The translations under genes and the position numbers were made by a program. Source: Squalus acanthias (taxonomy: Eukaryota). Taken from it: a DNA stretch of 64,000 nucleotides. The DNA lies in contig CM059433.1 in the NCBI GenBank assembly GCA_030390025.1, positions 17,610,001 through 17,674,000 of the forward strand. The letters run 5' to 3'. This document shows positions 24,259 through 36,640 of this stretch, piece by piece. Below the pieces are notes generated by a model that was not told the origin of the DNA, did not search any database, and was given only the letters and a program-made list of their open reading frames with translations. Positions within the stretch are counted from its first letter, which is position 1, and each line of letters begins with the position of its first letter.

Positions 24259-25944
24259 ACATTTTGTCACCAGGCGATGAGCGCTGGACATGAGGATTGA
24301 GATGGGAGAGGAAAGGTAGAGGTGCACTATGTGTCACTTCTTTCACATCAGAGGATATTTACTGAAAAACCAGGGGAAAGAAAGTGTGAAGTGGGAAATC
24401 TTTAGTTTATGATGATGAAGGTTTTAAAGGTTTTAAAGGGGACAGCTTGGGTCAGTATATTTGGGCTGTCCTGTAGCATTAATTGAAGCCCACTGCACGA
24501 AATAGGTCACATGATATGAACCTCACAATGTCAGCCAAAGGTGCAATACCAGTAGCATGTTGTGAGCACTCACCAATTTTTAGTGGTGTATATCTTACCT
24601 AACAACAAGATAAAGTAAGATAAAATAAACTTAGCCACTGCCAATTAAATAATCATTGTATAGTTCACAGAAAACTTTAGTGAAGAACAAATGTAAATAC
24701 AAGAAAATGTACTTCACATATCTTTGGAGAGATAATAACTGCAAAAGTTGCAAAATTATTTCTAAAATTTTACATCATGAAGAAATGTTACAGATCCACT
24801 TTTTTATATAACGAAACGAAATGAAATGGAAACATGTCCCATCCTAGGGACTGAAGATAACCATCTTTCCCTGTGGTCAGGAAGCACAGTCATCATGAAG
24901 ATGAATCAATGACTATGTGGCATAGTTCACCCCAAAAGGAGGATCTCTACATCCAACCACAGGACTCTCCATTAAATTAAATAGAGCCCGTCCTCAGTCT
25001 ATCCACCCAGTTTTTCATACCTTCATTGGATATTAAAAGATAAGACAAAAGTGTCAGACCAATGGATAAGGGCACCAAACAATAGAGCCAGCACCTTTAT
25101 CTGGTCAGAACATTCCCAGTATTAGCCTTAAACTCATTGGCTATCGCCAAATATGAAAAATTTGCCATGAGGAAGACAGCAGAAAATTGCAGTCAGTAAT
25201 AAACAGATGTACAACTACAGAATAGAGAACTTCGAATTTCTTTAACTTCCAAAAAGCTGCTGACAATCAGAAGATCTGAAAATAGTTAATCTCCCAATCT
25301 ATCTTCATAACCAAAATGCATCCTGGAAAAGTGCTGTCACTGCTGTACTTAGAAGGTAATAAGCAACCAAAATGTAAACTGAAATGGTTTTAAAATTTGC
25401 ATACTCTGCTATCTGTTAACCAAACAATACGTTAAGGAATGTGATCAAAGGGCACAGTGTTTTGCTGGCATTATTTTCTCATCTTATACAGATTAGAATT
25501 GATAGCATTACTAATTTGCCTTTTCAAAATACAGCATGAGAGTCTGGGCCCTACTTTTCCACTGATTTTAACCCTTTATTTTTGAAAGGAACTACAACCA
25601 TATTATTTCAAACATGTCTGAGACCCCCGTAAATATGAAGTCAATCCTGTTAGTGGCAATTAGCTACTACTTGTGCTTACTACCAAGGTTATCCCATTAC
25701 TAAATTTTAATTTTAGTTGCAGAGCCCTTTTGTTGATTATTGGCTAAAACTAATACGTATAAAAAATGCATTTTTAGTGTTTTTTGAAATCACCAAATGT
25801 CTCCCTGCTGCACACTTTACCCTGGTTGAAAGGACTGGGAACCTGTTTCTGGGCCCCAGTCAAAGGTCATATGTATCCATCCAAAAAGCGATGAGCAAGA
25901 GTGGCTTGAGCTAACTTGACTTCCAATTTTCCTTCCCTCACTAA

Positions 25945-26100
25945 AACAAAAGCAAAATACTGCGGATGCTGGAAATACTCAAAGTCAGGCAGCATCTGTG
26001 GAGAGAGAAACAGAGTTGACGTTTCAGGTCGATGAAGGTCACTCTCTCTCCACAGAGGCTGCCTGACCTGCTGAGTATTTCCAGCATTTTCTGTTTTTAT
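25945..26100. mobile_element. Penelope-like terminal inverted fragment
   Basis: atgctggaaatactca...gtcaggcagcatctgtggagagaga paired with tctctctccacagaggctgcctgac...tgagtatttccagcat. Confidence 0.7.
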
Positions 26101-26339
26101 TCCTTCCCTCTCCGTTGGGAAGTGCTGAGCTTGTAACTTGTCACTTCTCTATGATAGCACAATTTAGATGGAGAACTTCCTATCCTGGAAATCATAGGCA
26201 TGAAAGAAAGACTTGTATTTATACAGCACCTAATCACTTCTCTACGAATATACATCCAACAATTATGAAACATCATGTGTTGATGCTAAAATGTGTTGCG
26301 CATTACAGCTATTTATCTATTTTATTTATTGAGTTATTC

Positions 26340-26770
26340 CATTCACATATTTATGGGACTATTCCAATACTCTCCTGGCTTGCCTCTCATCTTCTACTTT
26401 CCATAAACTTGAACTCATCCAAAACTCGGCTGCCCGTATCCTAACTCGCACCAAGTCCCGTTCACCCATCACCGCTGTGCTCGCTGACCTACATTGGCTC
26501 CCGGTCCACCAACGTCTCGAGTTTAAAATTTTCACCCTGAACTTCAAATACCTCTGTGGCTTCGCCCCTCCCTTTCTCTCTAACCTCCTCCAGCCCTACA
26601 ACCCTCCGACAAATCTGCGTTCCCCCAATCCTAGCTCTTGTGCATCCCCCACCATTGGCAGCTGTCTAGGACCTAAGATCTGGAATTCCTTCCTTAAACC
26701 TCTCCACCTCTCTCTCCTCCTTTAAGACACTCCTTAAAACCTAATTCGTTGACCAAGCTTTTGGTCCTAA
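26340..26770 (+). mobile_element. L2 LINE 3' fragment
   Basis: LADLHWLPVHQRLEFKI, similar to 6350-6790. Confidence 0.85.
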
Positions 26771-27217
26771 TGTCTAAGAACATCGGCCACTCGAGCCAGT
26801 TCAGCCATTCATTTAGATCGTGGCTGATCTGTATTCTAACTCCATTCACCTGCCTTGGCTCCATATCCCTTAATACCCATGGCTAGCAAAAATCTATTGA
26901 TCTCAGCTTTAAAATTATTAATTGAACTAGCATCTACTGCTTTTTGTGGGAGAGTTCCACATTTTAAGGTTATGTCCCCTTGTCCTAGATTCCCCCACCA
27001 GTGGAAAATTTTTCCCTCTATCTACCACATCAATTCCTTTCAAAATCCTAAAAACCTCAATCAAATCATCCCTTAACCTTCTATATTCCAAGGAATACAA
27101 GCCTAGATTATGTACAGTAAACTCTTTTGTATCCGGCACCTATGGGACCGGGATGGTGCCGGTTGATTAAAAATTCCGGATAACGGAAAGGTATACCTAC
27201 CAAGGTACGAGAGCTCT

Positions 27218-28158
27218 GTTACACGGCCACAGGTACAGGAGCTGCGGTTACACGGCCACATGTGCAGGAGTCCCTGTTACACGGCCACAGGTACAGGAGC
27301 CACGGTTACATGGCCACAGGTACAGGAGCCGCGGTTACATGGCCACAGGTACAGGAGCCGCGGTTACACGGCCACAGGTACAGGAGCCGCGGTTACATGG
27401 CCACAGGTACAGGAGCCGCGGTTACACGGCCACTTGTGCAGGAGCCGCGGTTACACGGCCACTTGTGCAGGAGCCGCGGTTACACGGCCACATGTGCAGG
27501 AGTCCCGGTTACACGGCCACAGGTACTGGAGCCCCGGTTACATGGCCACAGGTACTGGAGCCCCGGTTACACGGCCACAGGTACAGGGAACCCGGTTACA
27601 CGGCCACAGATCCAGTCGTTCCTGTTACACGGCCACAGGTACAGGAGTCCCAGTTACACGGCCACAGGTACAGGGGACCCGGTTACACGGCCACAGATCC
27701 AGTAGTTCCTGTTACACGGCCACAGGTACAGGAGACCCGGTTACACGGCCACAGGTACAGGAGTCCCTGTTACACGGCCACATGTGCAGGAGACCTGGTT
27801 ACACGGCCACAAGTGCTGGAGTCCCTGTTACACGGCCACAGGTACAGGGGACCCGGTTACATAGCCACTTGTGCAGGAGCCTTGGTTACACGGCCACATG
27901 TGCAGGAGTCCCGGTTATACGGCCACAAGTGCTGGAGCCCGGTTACACGGCCACAGGTACAGGGGACCCGGTTACACGGCCACAGGTACAGGGGACCCGG
28001 TTACACGGCCACAGGTACAGGGGACCCGGTTACGCGGCCACAGGTACAGGGGACCCGGTTATATGGCCACAGGTACAGGGGACCTGGTTACACAACCAGA
28101 GGTGCAGGAGCCATGGTTAGACGGCAAAAGGTACGAGAACCCCGGTTACACAGCCACA
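27218..28158. repeat. 29-bp minisatellite, array 1 (about 32 units)
   Basis: Unit ggttacacggccacaggtacaggagccgc. ggttaca recurs at 27304, 27333, 27362, 27391 and onward. Confidence 0.95.
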
Positions 28159-28523
28159 AATATACAGTATATCCCTTAATACCATGGCTAGCAAAAATCT
28201 ATTGATCTCAGCTTTAAAATTATTAATTGAACTAGCATCTACTGCTTTTTGTGGGAGAGAGTTCCACGTTTTAAGGTTATGTCCCCTTGTCCTAGATTCC
28301 CCCACCAGTGGAAAAATTTTCCCTCTATCTACCACATCAATTCCTTTCAAAATCCTAAAAACCTCAATCAAATCATCCCTTAACCTTCTATATTCCAAGG
28401 AATACAAGCCTAGTTTATGTGCTTTAAACTCTTTCGTATCCGGCACCTATGGGACCGGGATGGTGCCGGTTGATTAAAAATTCTGGATAACGGAGAGGTA
28501 TACCTACCAAGGTACGAGAGCCC

Positions 28524-28888
28524 CGTTACACAGTCACAGGTGCAGGAACCCCGGTTATACGGCCACAGATCCAGGAGTCCCTGTTACATGGCCACAGGTA
28601 CAGGAGCCGCAGTTACATGGCCACATGTGCAGGAGACCCGGTTGCACGGCCACAGGTACATGAGCCGCGGTTACACGGCCACTTGTGCAAGAGCCTTGGT
28701 TACACGGCCACATGTGCAGGAGTCCCGGTTATACGGCCACAAGTGCTGGAGCCCCGGTTACACGGCCACAAGTGCTGGAGCCCCGGTTACACGGCCACAG
28801 GTACAGGGGACCCGGTTACACAACCAGAGGTGCAGGAGCCATGGTTACACGGCAAAAGGTACGAGAACCCCGGTTACACAGCCACAAA
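28524..28888. repeat. 29-bp minisatellite, array 2 (about 12-13 units)
   Basis: Same unit and same terminal variant units as array 1. Confidence 0.95.
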
Positions 28889-30544
28889 TATACAGTAAAA
28901 CTTACCTTTGGGTTCCTGAACCTACTCCTGAATTTTGCCAGTTATTAGAGAATTCCGGATAATTAGGTGCTGTTTAAATGAGAGTTTACTGTAATGTAAT
29001 CTCTACTCATAATTTAACCCTTGGAGCCCTGGTAACATTCTGGTGAATCTGTGCTGCACTCTTTCCAAGGCCAATATATCTTTTCTAAGGTGCGGTGCCC
29101 AGAACTGTACACAGTGATCCAGGTGTGGTCTAACCAGGACTTTGTATAGCTGTAGCAAAGCTTCCTCCCCTTTATATTTTAGCCCTCTAGTTATAAAGGC
29201 TAACATTCCATTAGCCTATTTGATTTTTTTTTGTACCTGACTACTACATTTTAGTGATCGGTATACATGGACCCCTAAGTCTCTTTGATCCTCCCCTGTT
29301 CCTAGCTTTTCACCATTTAAGTACTCGGATCGATCCATTTTTGGTCTAATATGGTTGACCTCACATTTACCTGGGTTGAAATCCATCTGCCACAGTTTTG
29401 CCCACTCACTTAATCTATCAATGTCTCTTTGTAATTTTATGCTTCCGTCTACACTACTTACTATGCCACCAAACTTTGTGTCATCGGCAAACTTGGATAT
29501 ATGGCTCTCTTGTGTTATTTAAGTCATTAATAAATATAGTGAATAGTTGAGGCCCCAGCACAGATCCTTGTGGGACACCACTAGTCACTTCCTTCCAATT
29601 CGAGTACATACCCATTATCCCTACTCTCTGTCTTCAACCGCCTAACCAATCTCCTAGCCAGGTCAATAATTTGCCTTCAATTCCATGAGCTTTAATTTTA
29701 GCCAACAGTCTCTTATGTGGAACCTTATCAAATGCCTTCTGGAAGTCCATGTAACCAACATCCATAAACATTCCCCTGTTTACTATTTTAGTTACTTCCT
29801 CAGAAAATTCAATTAGGTTTGTTAGAAATGACCTACCCTTTACAAATCCATGTTGGCTCTCTCTAATCAGCTCAAATTTCTCTAAGTGCTCAGTCACTCT
29901 GTCCTTAATTATAGATTCCAGTAACTTGCCCACAACAGATGTTAGACTAACAGGTTTATGATTTCCTGGTTCTCTCTCTCACCTATCTTAATAATGGAGT
30001 TACATTTGCAATTTTCCAATCTAAAGGGACAATCCCTGAATCGAGAGCGCTTTGGAAGATTATGGCTAAAGCATCTGCAATTTCCTCACCTACTTCCTTT
30101 AAAACCTGGGGTGGAAACCATCAGGTCCTGGGAATTCGTCAGTCTTTAGTGCCATTATTTTTTCTAATACTGTTTTCTTGCTTACGTTAACTTTAGTGAG
30201 TTCCAAACTTTGATTCATTAGTTTTCCTGGAATGCCATTATATTATCCTCTTCCTCTAAAATTGTGTTCAGCTCACTTCCCAAACTGAGTTAAAACCACG
30301 TCTTGTGACAGAGTCAACAGCTGTATCTTCAGTACAGGACTGTGATTTTAATGAATTTGCAGAAAAGTCATTAATCAGTTTGCAATAGAAATGGCATCCA
30401 ATCCTGATGGGTCAAATCCACTGTACTGATAGGAATTGAAAATGAATTTGATAAAGGCACCGGAGATTTCTGGAATTTTTTATGTGGTGACATAAGGTTA
30501 CCTTTTCAGAGGAAGGAACTGAAATTCTGGTGGAGACAGCCCTC

Positions 30545-31007
30545 CAACTTGTTATGAATTGAACTACTTGGCCTTTCACCTCAGACCTAGAATGAAAGAT
30601 GCCGAAGTAATTAAATGTTTCCTATCTGCAGACTGTAAGGAGCCTATGCGAAACGAGCTTGGGCAGTCTCAACTCAATTTGTCGTGGGCAAACTCAAACG
30701 AGCTTGGGCAGTCTCAACTCAATTTGGACTAGTCCCACAGCAAAAAATGTCCCCTAATTTCGAATTAATTGGATTAAATTGGCAACCTTGTACGGTTAGA
30801 TGCCATGGGATGGTTAGCGTGCGAAAGTGAAAAGATGACACACTGGTGAGGATGGGCTGAGGTACGTTGTCAGGGCAGAGTAGAGAACCTAACTCTGGAT
30901 CTTCCTTGGTACAGCTGACCTTTAGCTTGATTGATGATACCGGCTTGAAGGGAGAAATTGTTCCAATTCCCAGTGCTAATATTTCTCCCCTTGTTGAGCA
31001 CAAAAAA
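30545..31007 (+). mobile_element. LF-SINE-like ancient SINE
   Basis: Ordered motifs ggcctttcacctc, gcctatgcgaaacgag...gtctca, aattggattaaattggcaaccttg and gagcacaaa resemble the recalled LF-SINE consensus. Confidence 0.55.
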
Positions 31008-31109
31008 TGGACAACTACCTTAAGAAAAATATACTTACAAGTCACACTTATGTGATCCTGGAACACATATGCCATACAGAGAAATGTATTAATTTGAGGT
31101 AAAACACTA

Positions 31110-31767
31110 GGGGGGTAAAATTCGGTTGCTTTGCGCCTCCCGTTAGCGCCCCAAGAGCCGGGCATGGCGCCGCTAACGCGAAATTCAGCGGGAGGTTAGC
31201 GGCGGCAGTAGCCGGTAGCGCCCTGTGGCGCTGCGCCTCCGGCGATGACGTCATCGCCGTGCGCAGCGTCCCAGCCGCAAACTTGACTCGCGCCCCCTGA
31301 CCTACCGCCAGACGCTATGTCCGACAGGGTCAGGGGGGCGTTCTTGCGGCTGGAGCGGCGATAATTAAAGGGCAGGTGCCGGGCGGCCATTTTTTGTGCC
31401 AGCACCTGCCCCCTCTGGCCTCCTCCTGCGGGGTGCCGGCCGCGATACGTCAGCCTTGGCACTCCTCTATAGTGCCGGGCTCTTTTGCCGGCACCCCGCT
31501 TCCCAGTGGCCCAGCAGGGCCCCGCTGAGCTCTGCGCTAGGCCCCTCCCCTTTAATAAGGGGAGGGAGGCCTGCAGTACCGCGGCGCTACGTGCCGGCGT
31601 GCGTGGCGCTGCTGCACGTAGTGCCGCGATATTGAACTGGAGTACCCCAAGAGGGAGGGGGAGCGCTTCCAGTAGCGCCCCGCCTCCTGCTTGGGGTGCT
31701 ACCATTCAATTTCGGGTGTCCCGGCGAAGTTATCGCCCCAAAGGGGGCGCGAGCCAATTTTTGCCCC
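31110..31767 (+). mobile_element. CpG-rich MITE family C
   Basis: Termini gggggtaaaatt / aatttttgcccc. Colinear with 56500-57168 and 62537-63137 (gatgacgtcatcgccgtgcgcagcg, cccctttaataaggggag). Confidence 0.85.
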
Positions 31768-32935
31768 TGTTCATCAATGACCAAATGAAAGTGGTCATCT
31801 TGATTGCAGCGTGCTAAGAACAGGAATATGTGAATCGCAGAGAGTGGCTCTTCGACAGCGGTATCCCAGGATCTGTGTGGGGACAGTTCATGATTCATAA
31901 AATTACCATGAGATTGAATAAACATGTTGCAATGCTCTTCATCAAGCAAAAAAACAAAATAGAGTTTAGGCACACACCATTTTGGCGGTTCGTTTTCACC
32001 AGTCTGCACCTTCTGCTCTATGTACATTTGGGCAGAATGGTTTTGACACGCTCTCATAAAATAGGGCAATTTAGCCATTTATCAAGGGCTGTATCAAGTC
32101 AGATGTAGAAATAGAATCATTTTAATTTCCTTTAGCAAGTTTAGTGTCTGCCTTAGATATTTTCTTGGGTATGACGGTGCTGGTCATTCCTATAAGTGGT
32201 CAGATCGTCTTACGTTCAGGAGTGTGCCAGTACTGCCTAATATCTATCAATATGAAAGCGTAAACCAGGGGTGCAAAAATAGGACCTCCTTGAGATCTGA
32301 ACTGGAAATCATGCGTTTTGCACGTTCCCTCACATCCGCTGCTCCAGTCTTTTCAAAGGTGGACTGAGCAACAGCTGTTGATATGAGGCCAGATATGAAT
32401 TGTTCAGCAGCTTTATTTCACAGACAGCCAGTGAACATACAGAATATCAATCAAAGCAAATTCCACTAACCTAACTTAATCGCACTCCTCTCCTCCAAAA
32501 GAAATGGGGACACAATGATAAATCATGCACCCCGATCCTTTTGTGGGATAATTTACTTATTTGCAGCATGCCTCTCTCTCTAGACATCTCTATGCAACTT
32601 CTGACCTCCTGCATTTTTAGCTTCCAGCTGCAAGTCATAAGCTGTCTCTCGCAGTACTTTTCAAATCTGACTGGCCGTCAAACATGGGCTTTCTCTTCTT
32701 TTCCGTTAATTCTGACTCCAGGAAGCAGAAGGGGGACGTCATTGCCACCTTCCTGTGCAGGGATTCACCAGCAGGCCAGCCAACCAACCAGCTATCCCCT
32801 CATTCATTGCCTGTGGCTTCTGGCATTTCTCTTTTACAAACATACGGACATATGTAAAAGGTGGATAGGTAAAGACCAGCTGGTCCATGGAGCAGTCGTG
32901 ATGCCTTAAGCCTCATGATTCACAGCACCCAGCAC

Positions 32936-33059
32936 TAACGTTCCCGCGCGGCCGTGCAGCGATCGGAAGGTCCCGCTGACCAGCTGTGAAGCTGGAAAGA
33001 TAACGCACAGCAAATTTAAAGGGACTGCGCACCTAAAGTAAAAATTAGAGGGAACATTA
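32936..33059. mobile_element. Short hAT-type MITE
   Basis: Termini taacgttccc / gggaacatta. 8-bp TSD cccagcac/cccagcat. Confidence 0.7.
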
Positions 33060-33069
33060 CCCAGCATCG

Positions 33070-33490
33070 ACAACAACAACAACTTGTATTTATATGGCAC
33101 CTTTAACGTAGTAAAACGTCCCAAGGCGCTGCACAGGAGTATTTTAAGACAAAAAATTTGACACCGAGCCACATAAGGATAAATTAGGGCAGGTGACCAA
33201 AAGATTGGTCAAAGAGGTAGGTTTTAAGGAGCGTCTTAAAGGAGGAAAGAGAGGTAGTGAGTTGGAGAGGTTTAGGCAGGGAATTCCAGAGCTTAGGGCC
33301 TAGGCAACAGAAGGCACGGCCACCAAAGGTTGAGCGATTATAATCAGGGATGCTCAAGAGGGCAGAATTAAAGGAGCGCAGATATCTCGGCGGGGTGGGG
33401 GGGGTTGTGGGGCTGAAGGAGATTACAGAGATAGGAAGGGGCGAGGCCATGGAGGGATTTGAAAACAAGGATGAGAATTTTGAAATCATA
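33070..33490 (-). mobile_element. L2 LINE 3' end
   Basis: (CAA)n tail. Reverse complement matches 6520-6918. Confidence 0.9.
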
Positions 33491-33802
33491 CCCACTAGCA
33501 GCCATGTCATCTCCTGGGAGAAGCAAAAAAAAAAGCACAGATAAAAGCCCAAGGCCAATTAGGGAGAATTCTTGCCCGACAATTCTTCTGTCTCCCTTGA
33601 GTGATCAACACTCGTCCAGGTGCGCACATTGAGCATGATTTACATCACATACTATACCAGCCACATTTTGTACGTCATGACCTCTGCCCTAGCCAAGAGG
33701 TAGCTCAGCTCTCTTCTCCAGACATGCAGCGAATCTGCACTCACTGCATGAACCGGCAGCTCGGTCCACAGGTCTACTCTCCTCTGGGAGAAGAAGAGCC
33801 TC

Positions 33803-34096
33803 ATAGGAACAGGAGGAGGCCATTCAGCCCCTCAAGCTTGCTCCGCCATTCAATGAGATCCTGGCTGATCTGCGACCTAACTCCATATACCCGCCTTTGG
33901 CCCCTACCCCTTAATACCTTTGGTTAACAGAAAGCTATCAATCTCCGATTTAAAATTAACAATTGATCTAGCATCAATTGCCATTTGCGGAAGTGAGCTC
34001 CAAACTTCGACCATCCTTTGTGTGTGTAGTATATTTTTAAAACTTGTTGGTAACTGGTGGTCTCAAGGTCTGGTTTTCCTGAGTGTAGCCAGCGGT
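33803..34096 (-). mobile_element. Chimeric insertion: CR1 3' end plus 70 bp of MITE-derived sequence, inside an older CR1
   Basis: Flanked by gcctc at 33798-33802 and 34097-34101. The older CR1 (RTKLDVRRH...) is contiguous across the site. Confidence 0.65.
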
Positions 34097-34503
34097 GCCT
34101 CCTGACATCTAACTTAGTTCTGCCCTTGTGTAACTTATACACATGACCCCTCGTCCTCCCTAATCTATCTAATTAAAATAATTTATCAATATGAACACAG
34201 TCCAGTCCCTTCATTATTTTAAACACTTCTAGCAGACCCCCCTGGAGTCCATGCAGCTCTAAAGTAAATAGATTGTGTGCAAATTCATTTTGTTTTGAAA
34301 CTCAACCTTTAAATGGAACTCCCAAAATCCTTCCTCTGAAGTTCCTTTCAAAAATTCTGAAATGTGACATATATGACAATGGACATCCACAAAGTGCCAA
34401 GTTAAAACTTGGATCACTCAGAACTCCACCTGTCTTCTTGCCATATGGAAGATTGAATTGATTGACAGAGCTGTAGCTTTTCTCTTCTGTGTGAAGGAAC
34501 AAT

Positions 34504-35186
34504 GGCCTAGAAATTAGGCCACGGAGCGCCTTTTTCTCGGGCGCTAACAGGCCTGTTAAGACCCCAATATGGCAGGCAAAAAACGTGCGCACATTTCCGA
34601 TCGGAGATTCGCCGCCTGCCATATTGGGAAAGGACAAATAATCGTTGTATAGTACTCGCACCTAAAGCAGGCGTCGGCCCTTTTGCGTAAGCAAATAAGG
34701 GGCCGAGCGCCTGTTTGAGGCCCCCGCTGCAAGATCCAGTCCACCGCTGGCTGCATTGAGGAAAACCAGACCTTGAGACCACCTGTTACCAACAAGTTTT
34801 AAGAATATACTTACCTGAATGTGGAGCCGGGAGGAGCAGGAATGCTCCTCCCAACCCCACATTAAAAGAACTCAGGTCAACGCTCCTCCCACCGCACAAT
34901 CTGATTGTTGCCGCTGCCCCCGGACCCATCCTCTTATCTCCCTCCCGCCGCCGCCCGCCCCCCCCCCCCCCCCCCCCCCCCCCCCGAAACGGCCTTCGCT
35001 TACTTGAGGGTTGCAGCGAAGCTGGCAACGGGCCGATCTTCATCCACCCTTCACTGGCAAGCTCTTCGCGTCTTGCCGGCTTGATGAAAATGTGACCCAA
35101 GTCTCAATGCCGGGGGCACCTCGGGCCTCGCTATTCAGGGGCAGGGATTGATCTCTGTGCTGTCTGCGTGCCCGAATTTCTACCCC
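34504..35186. mobile_element. MITE with 3-bp TSD (putative Harbinger non-autonomous)
   Basis: TIRs ggcctagaaatt / aatttctacccc. TSD aat at 34501-34503 and 35187-35189. Confidence 0.8.
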
Positions 35187-35879
35187 AATGGGTCGAAGCT
35201 TGGAGGAGCAAACTCAGAAGAGGAACTTACTGAGATGAAAGGACTGGTAGCCGAGGATGATTATCTAGCTCTGCCTGAAGAGCAGTGTGTCAGGAGGTTT
35301 AGATTACGGGAGAAGTGATTTCCTAAGATTGGAACACTTATTCTGTAAATATCTTAGCTGTTACTGTTGCAGCCCCGATGCTTTTGTTTTGCCAAGGGGT
35401 CCTTTCAAGCTCCTGGGGGAGATTGAACTGACATTGTACAAATTACAATGTCAGATAGTATACAGGAGGTGATTAAAACATTCTTCATGCTTCATGCCTT
35501 ATTACAAACCCCAAAAAAAAAATCAGTTGTCAAGACGGAACAAATTCTACACATGGATTGAATTTCAAAAAGCACTGCGTGCGGTCAACAGCGTTGAGAT
35601 ACAGGCCCATCTGAAAATCTAGTCATGCATATCAATCAAAAGGCATTCTGCTCCCTTAAAATGCAGGGAATCTATGGTACACAGAATATAATTATGCTGA
35701 TTACAGCTCAGCTTCTGAGTCCCACACATGTTTTTGTTATTAATAATTCATGTGTGCCAGCATTATTTGAAGTGGATAACCACCTGCAGAGGTGGCTGTT
35801 GGTGGATTAAGTGCATGCATTTCCACCCTGGCTCAAATCTCTGATTGAATTTAAACATAATTACAATCCTATCTGTAGT

Positions 35880-36280
35880 CAAAGGCAGTGACTCTACAGC
35901 CTTCCGGCACCGTGTACCCCTGTGTCATTCTTCGTATGGAGTCGAAAAGGTGAGTGGTGGATCGCTATTTAATCCTAGGGGCTTCACAGGTGAGCACAAT
36001 CCTGTCTTTACCCAGCAAGTTCAAAAGTGCATTTTCTAGTTGGAGTCAATGGATGGCAAGAAGGTGCTGGAATCCTGACTGATTTCCCCCTACACCCACC
36101 CCATCCTCACTTCGGCAGGAGGTACTGAGACTAATTTCAGCATCCTCAATGCCACTCTGTCTCATCAGTTAATTCACCACGGAACAAGGATTCACTCTGG
36201 GGCTTTCCAGGTCTGCATGGCTCCGTCCCACACCACCATGGAGCACGTGCCTGTTTTCCTACACAGCCAGTGGGGGAGCC
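35880..36280 (-). mobile_element. Old tRNA-derived SINE (family uncertain)
   Basis: Reverse complement (gagccatgcagacctggaaagccccag...ggggaaatcagtcagg...gacaggattg) resembles a recalled ancient shark SINE. Heavily diverged. Confidence 0.45.
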
Positions 36281-36439
36281 ATTTCCTGGTGTCTTGAATG
36301 CTCTGGTGGTGCCTTTTTGTACAACTCAGTAAAGGTACGTAAAATATCTGCAGTATGTTGTGTAACCTTGCAACAGCAGCTCAGTCTGAATGGAATCAAG
36401 GGAGGGCAGTCCCACTGAGCTGGATAGCACAGGAAAGCC

Positions 36440-36640
36440 CTTGGTGTGATCAATCATGTTAAAGGCGGCAGAGAGATCGAGGAGGACGAGGCTGGGTAAT
36501 GCACCATGGTACCGTCACAGAGAATGTCATTTGTGATTTTGGTTAGGGCTGTTTTGGTCTGGTGAAGGAAAGGAATTCTGATTGAAGAAATTCAAACAGG
36601 GAGTTTCAGGATAAATAGGCACGGATTTGGGAGGCAAACA
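36440..36640 (-). mobile_element. L2 internal fragment
   Basis: tcatttgtgattttggttagggctgttt shared with 42980-43010. Confidence 0.55.

Larger units (their letters stand above)
27115..28991. mobile_element. Tc1/mariner-pogo type MITE containing minisatellite arrays
   Basis: TIRs cagtaaactct / agagtttactg, each flanked by TA. Subterminal aattccggataa near both ends. Confidence 0.75.
26775..30260 (-). mobile_element. CR1 LINE fragment interrupted by a MITE and a local duplication
   Basis: RESQHGFVKGRS, DFQKAFDKVPH, CVQFWAPHLRKD and RRLRDDLIEV translations on the minus strand. Confidence 0.88.

Noticed and set aside
31110..31767. CpG-island promoter (also 56500-57168 and 62537-63137)
   Set aside because: The CpG richness coincides exactly with three copies of one MITE family.
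35225..35345. Minus-strand segment bounded by an acceptor-like AG and GTAAGT
   Set aside because: Stops occur in all three frames and nothing else supports a non-coding exon.
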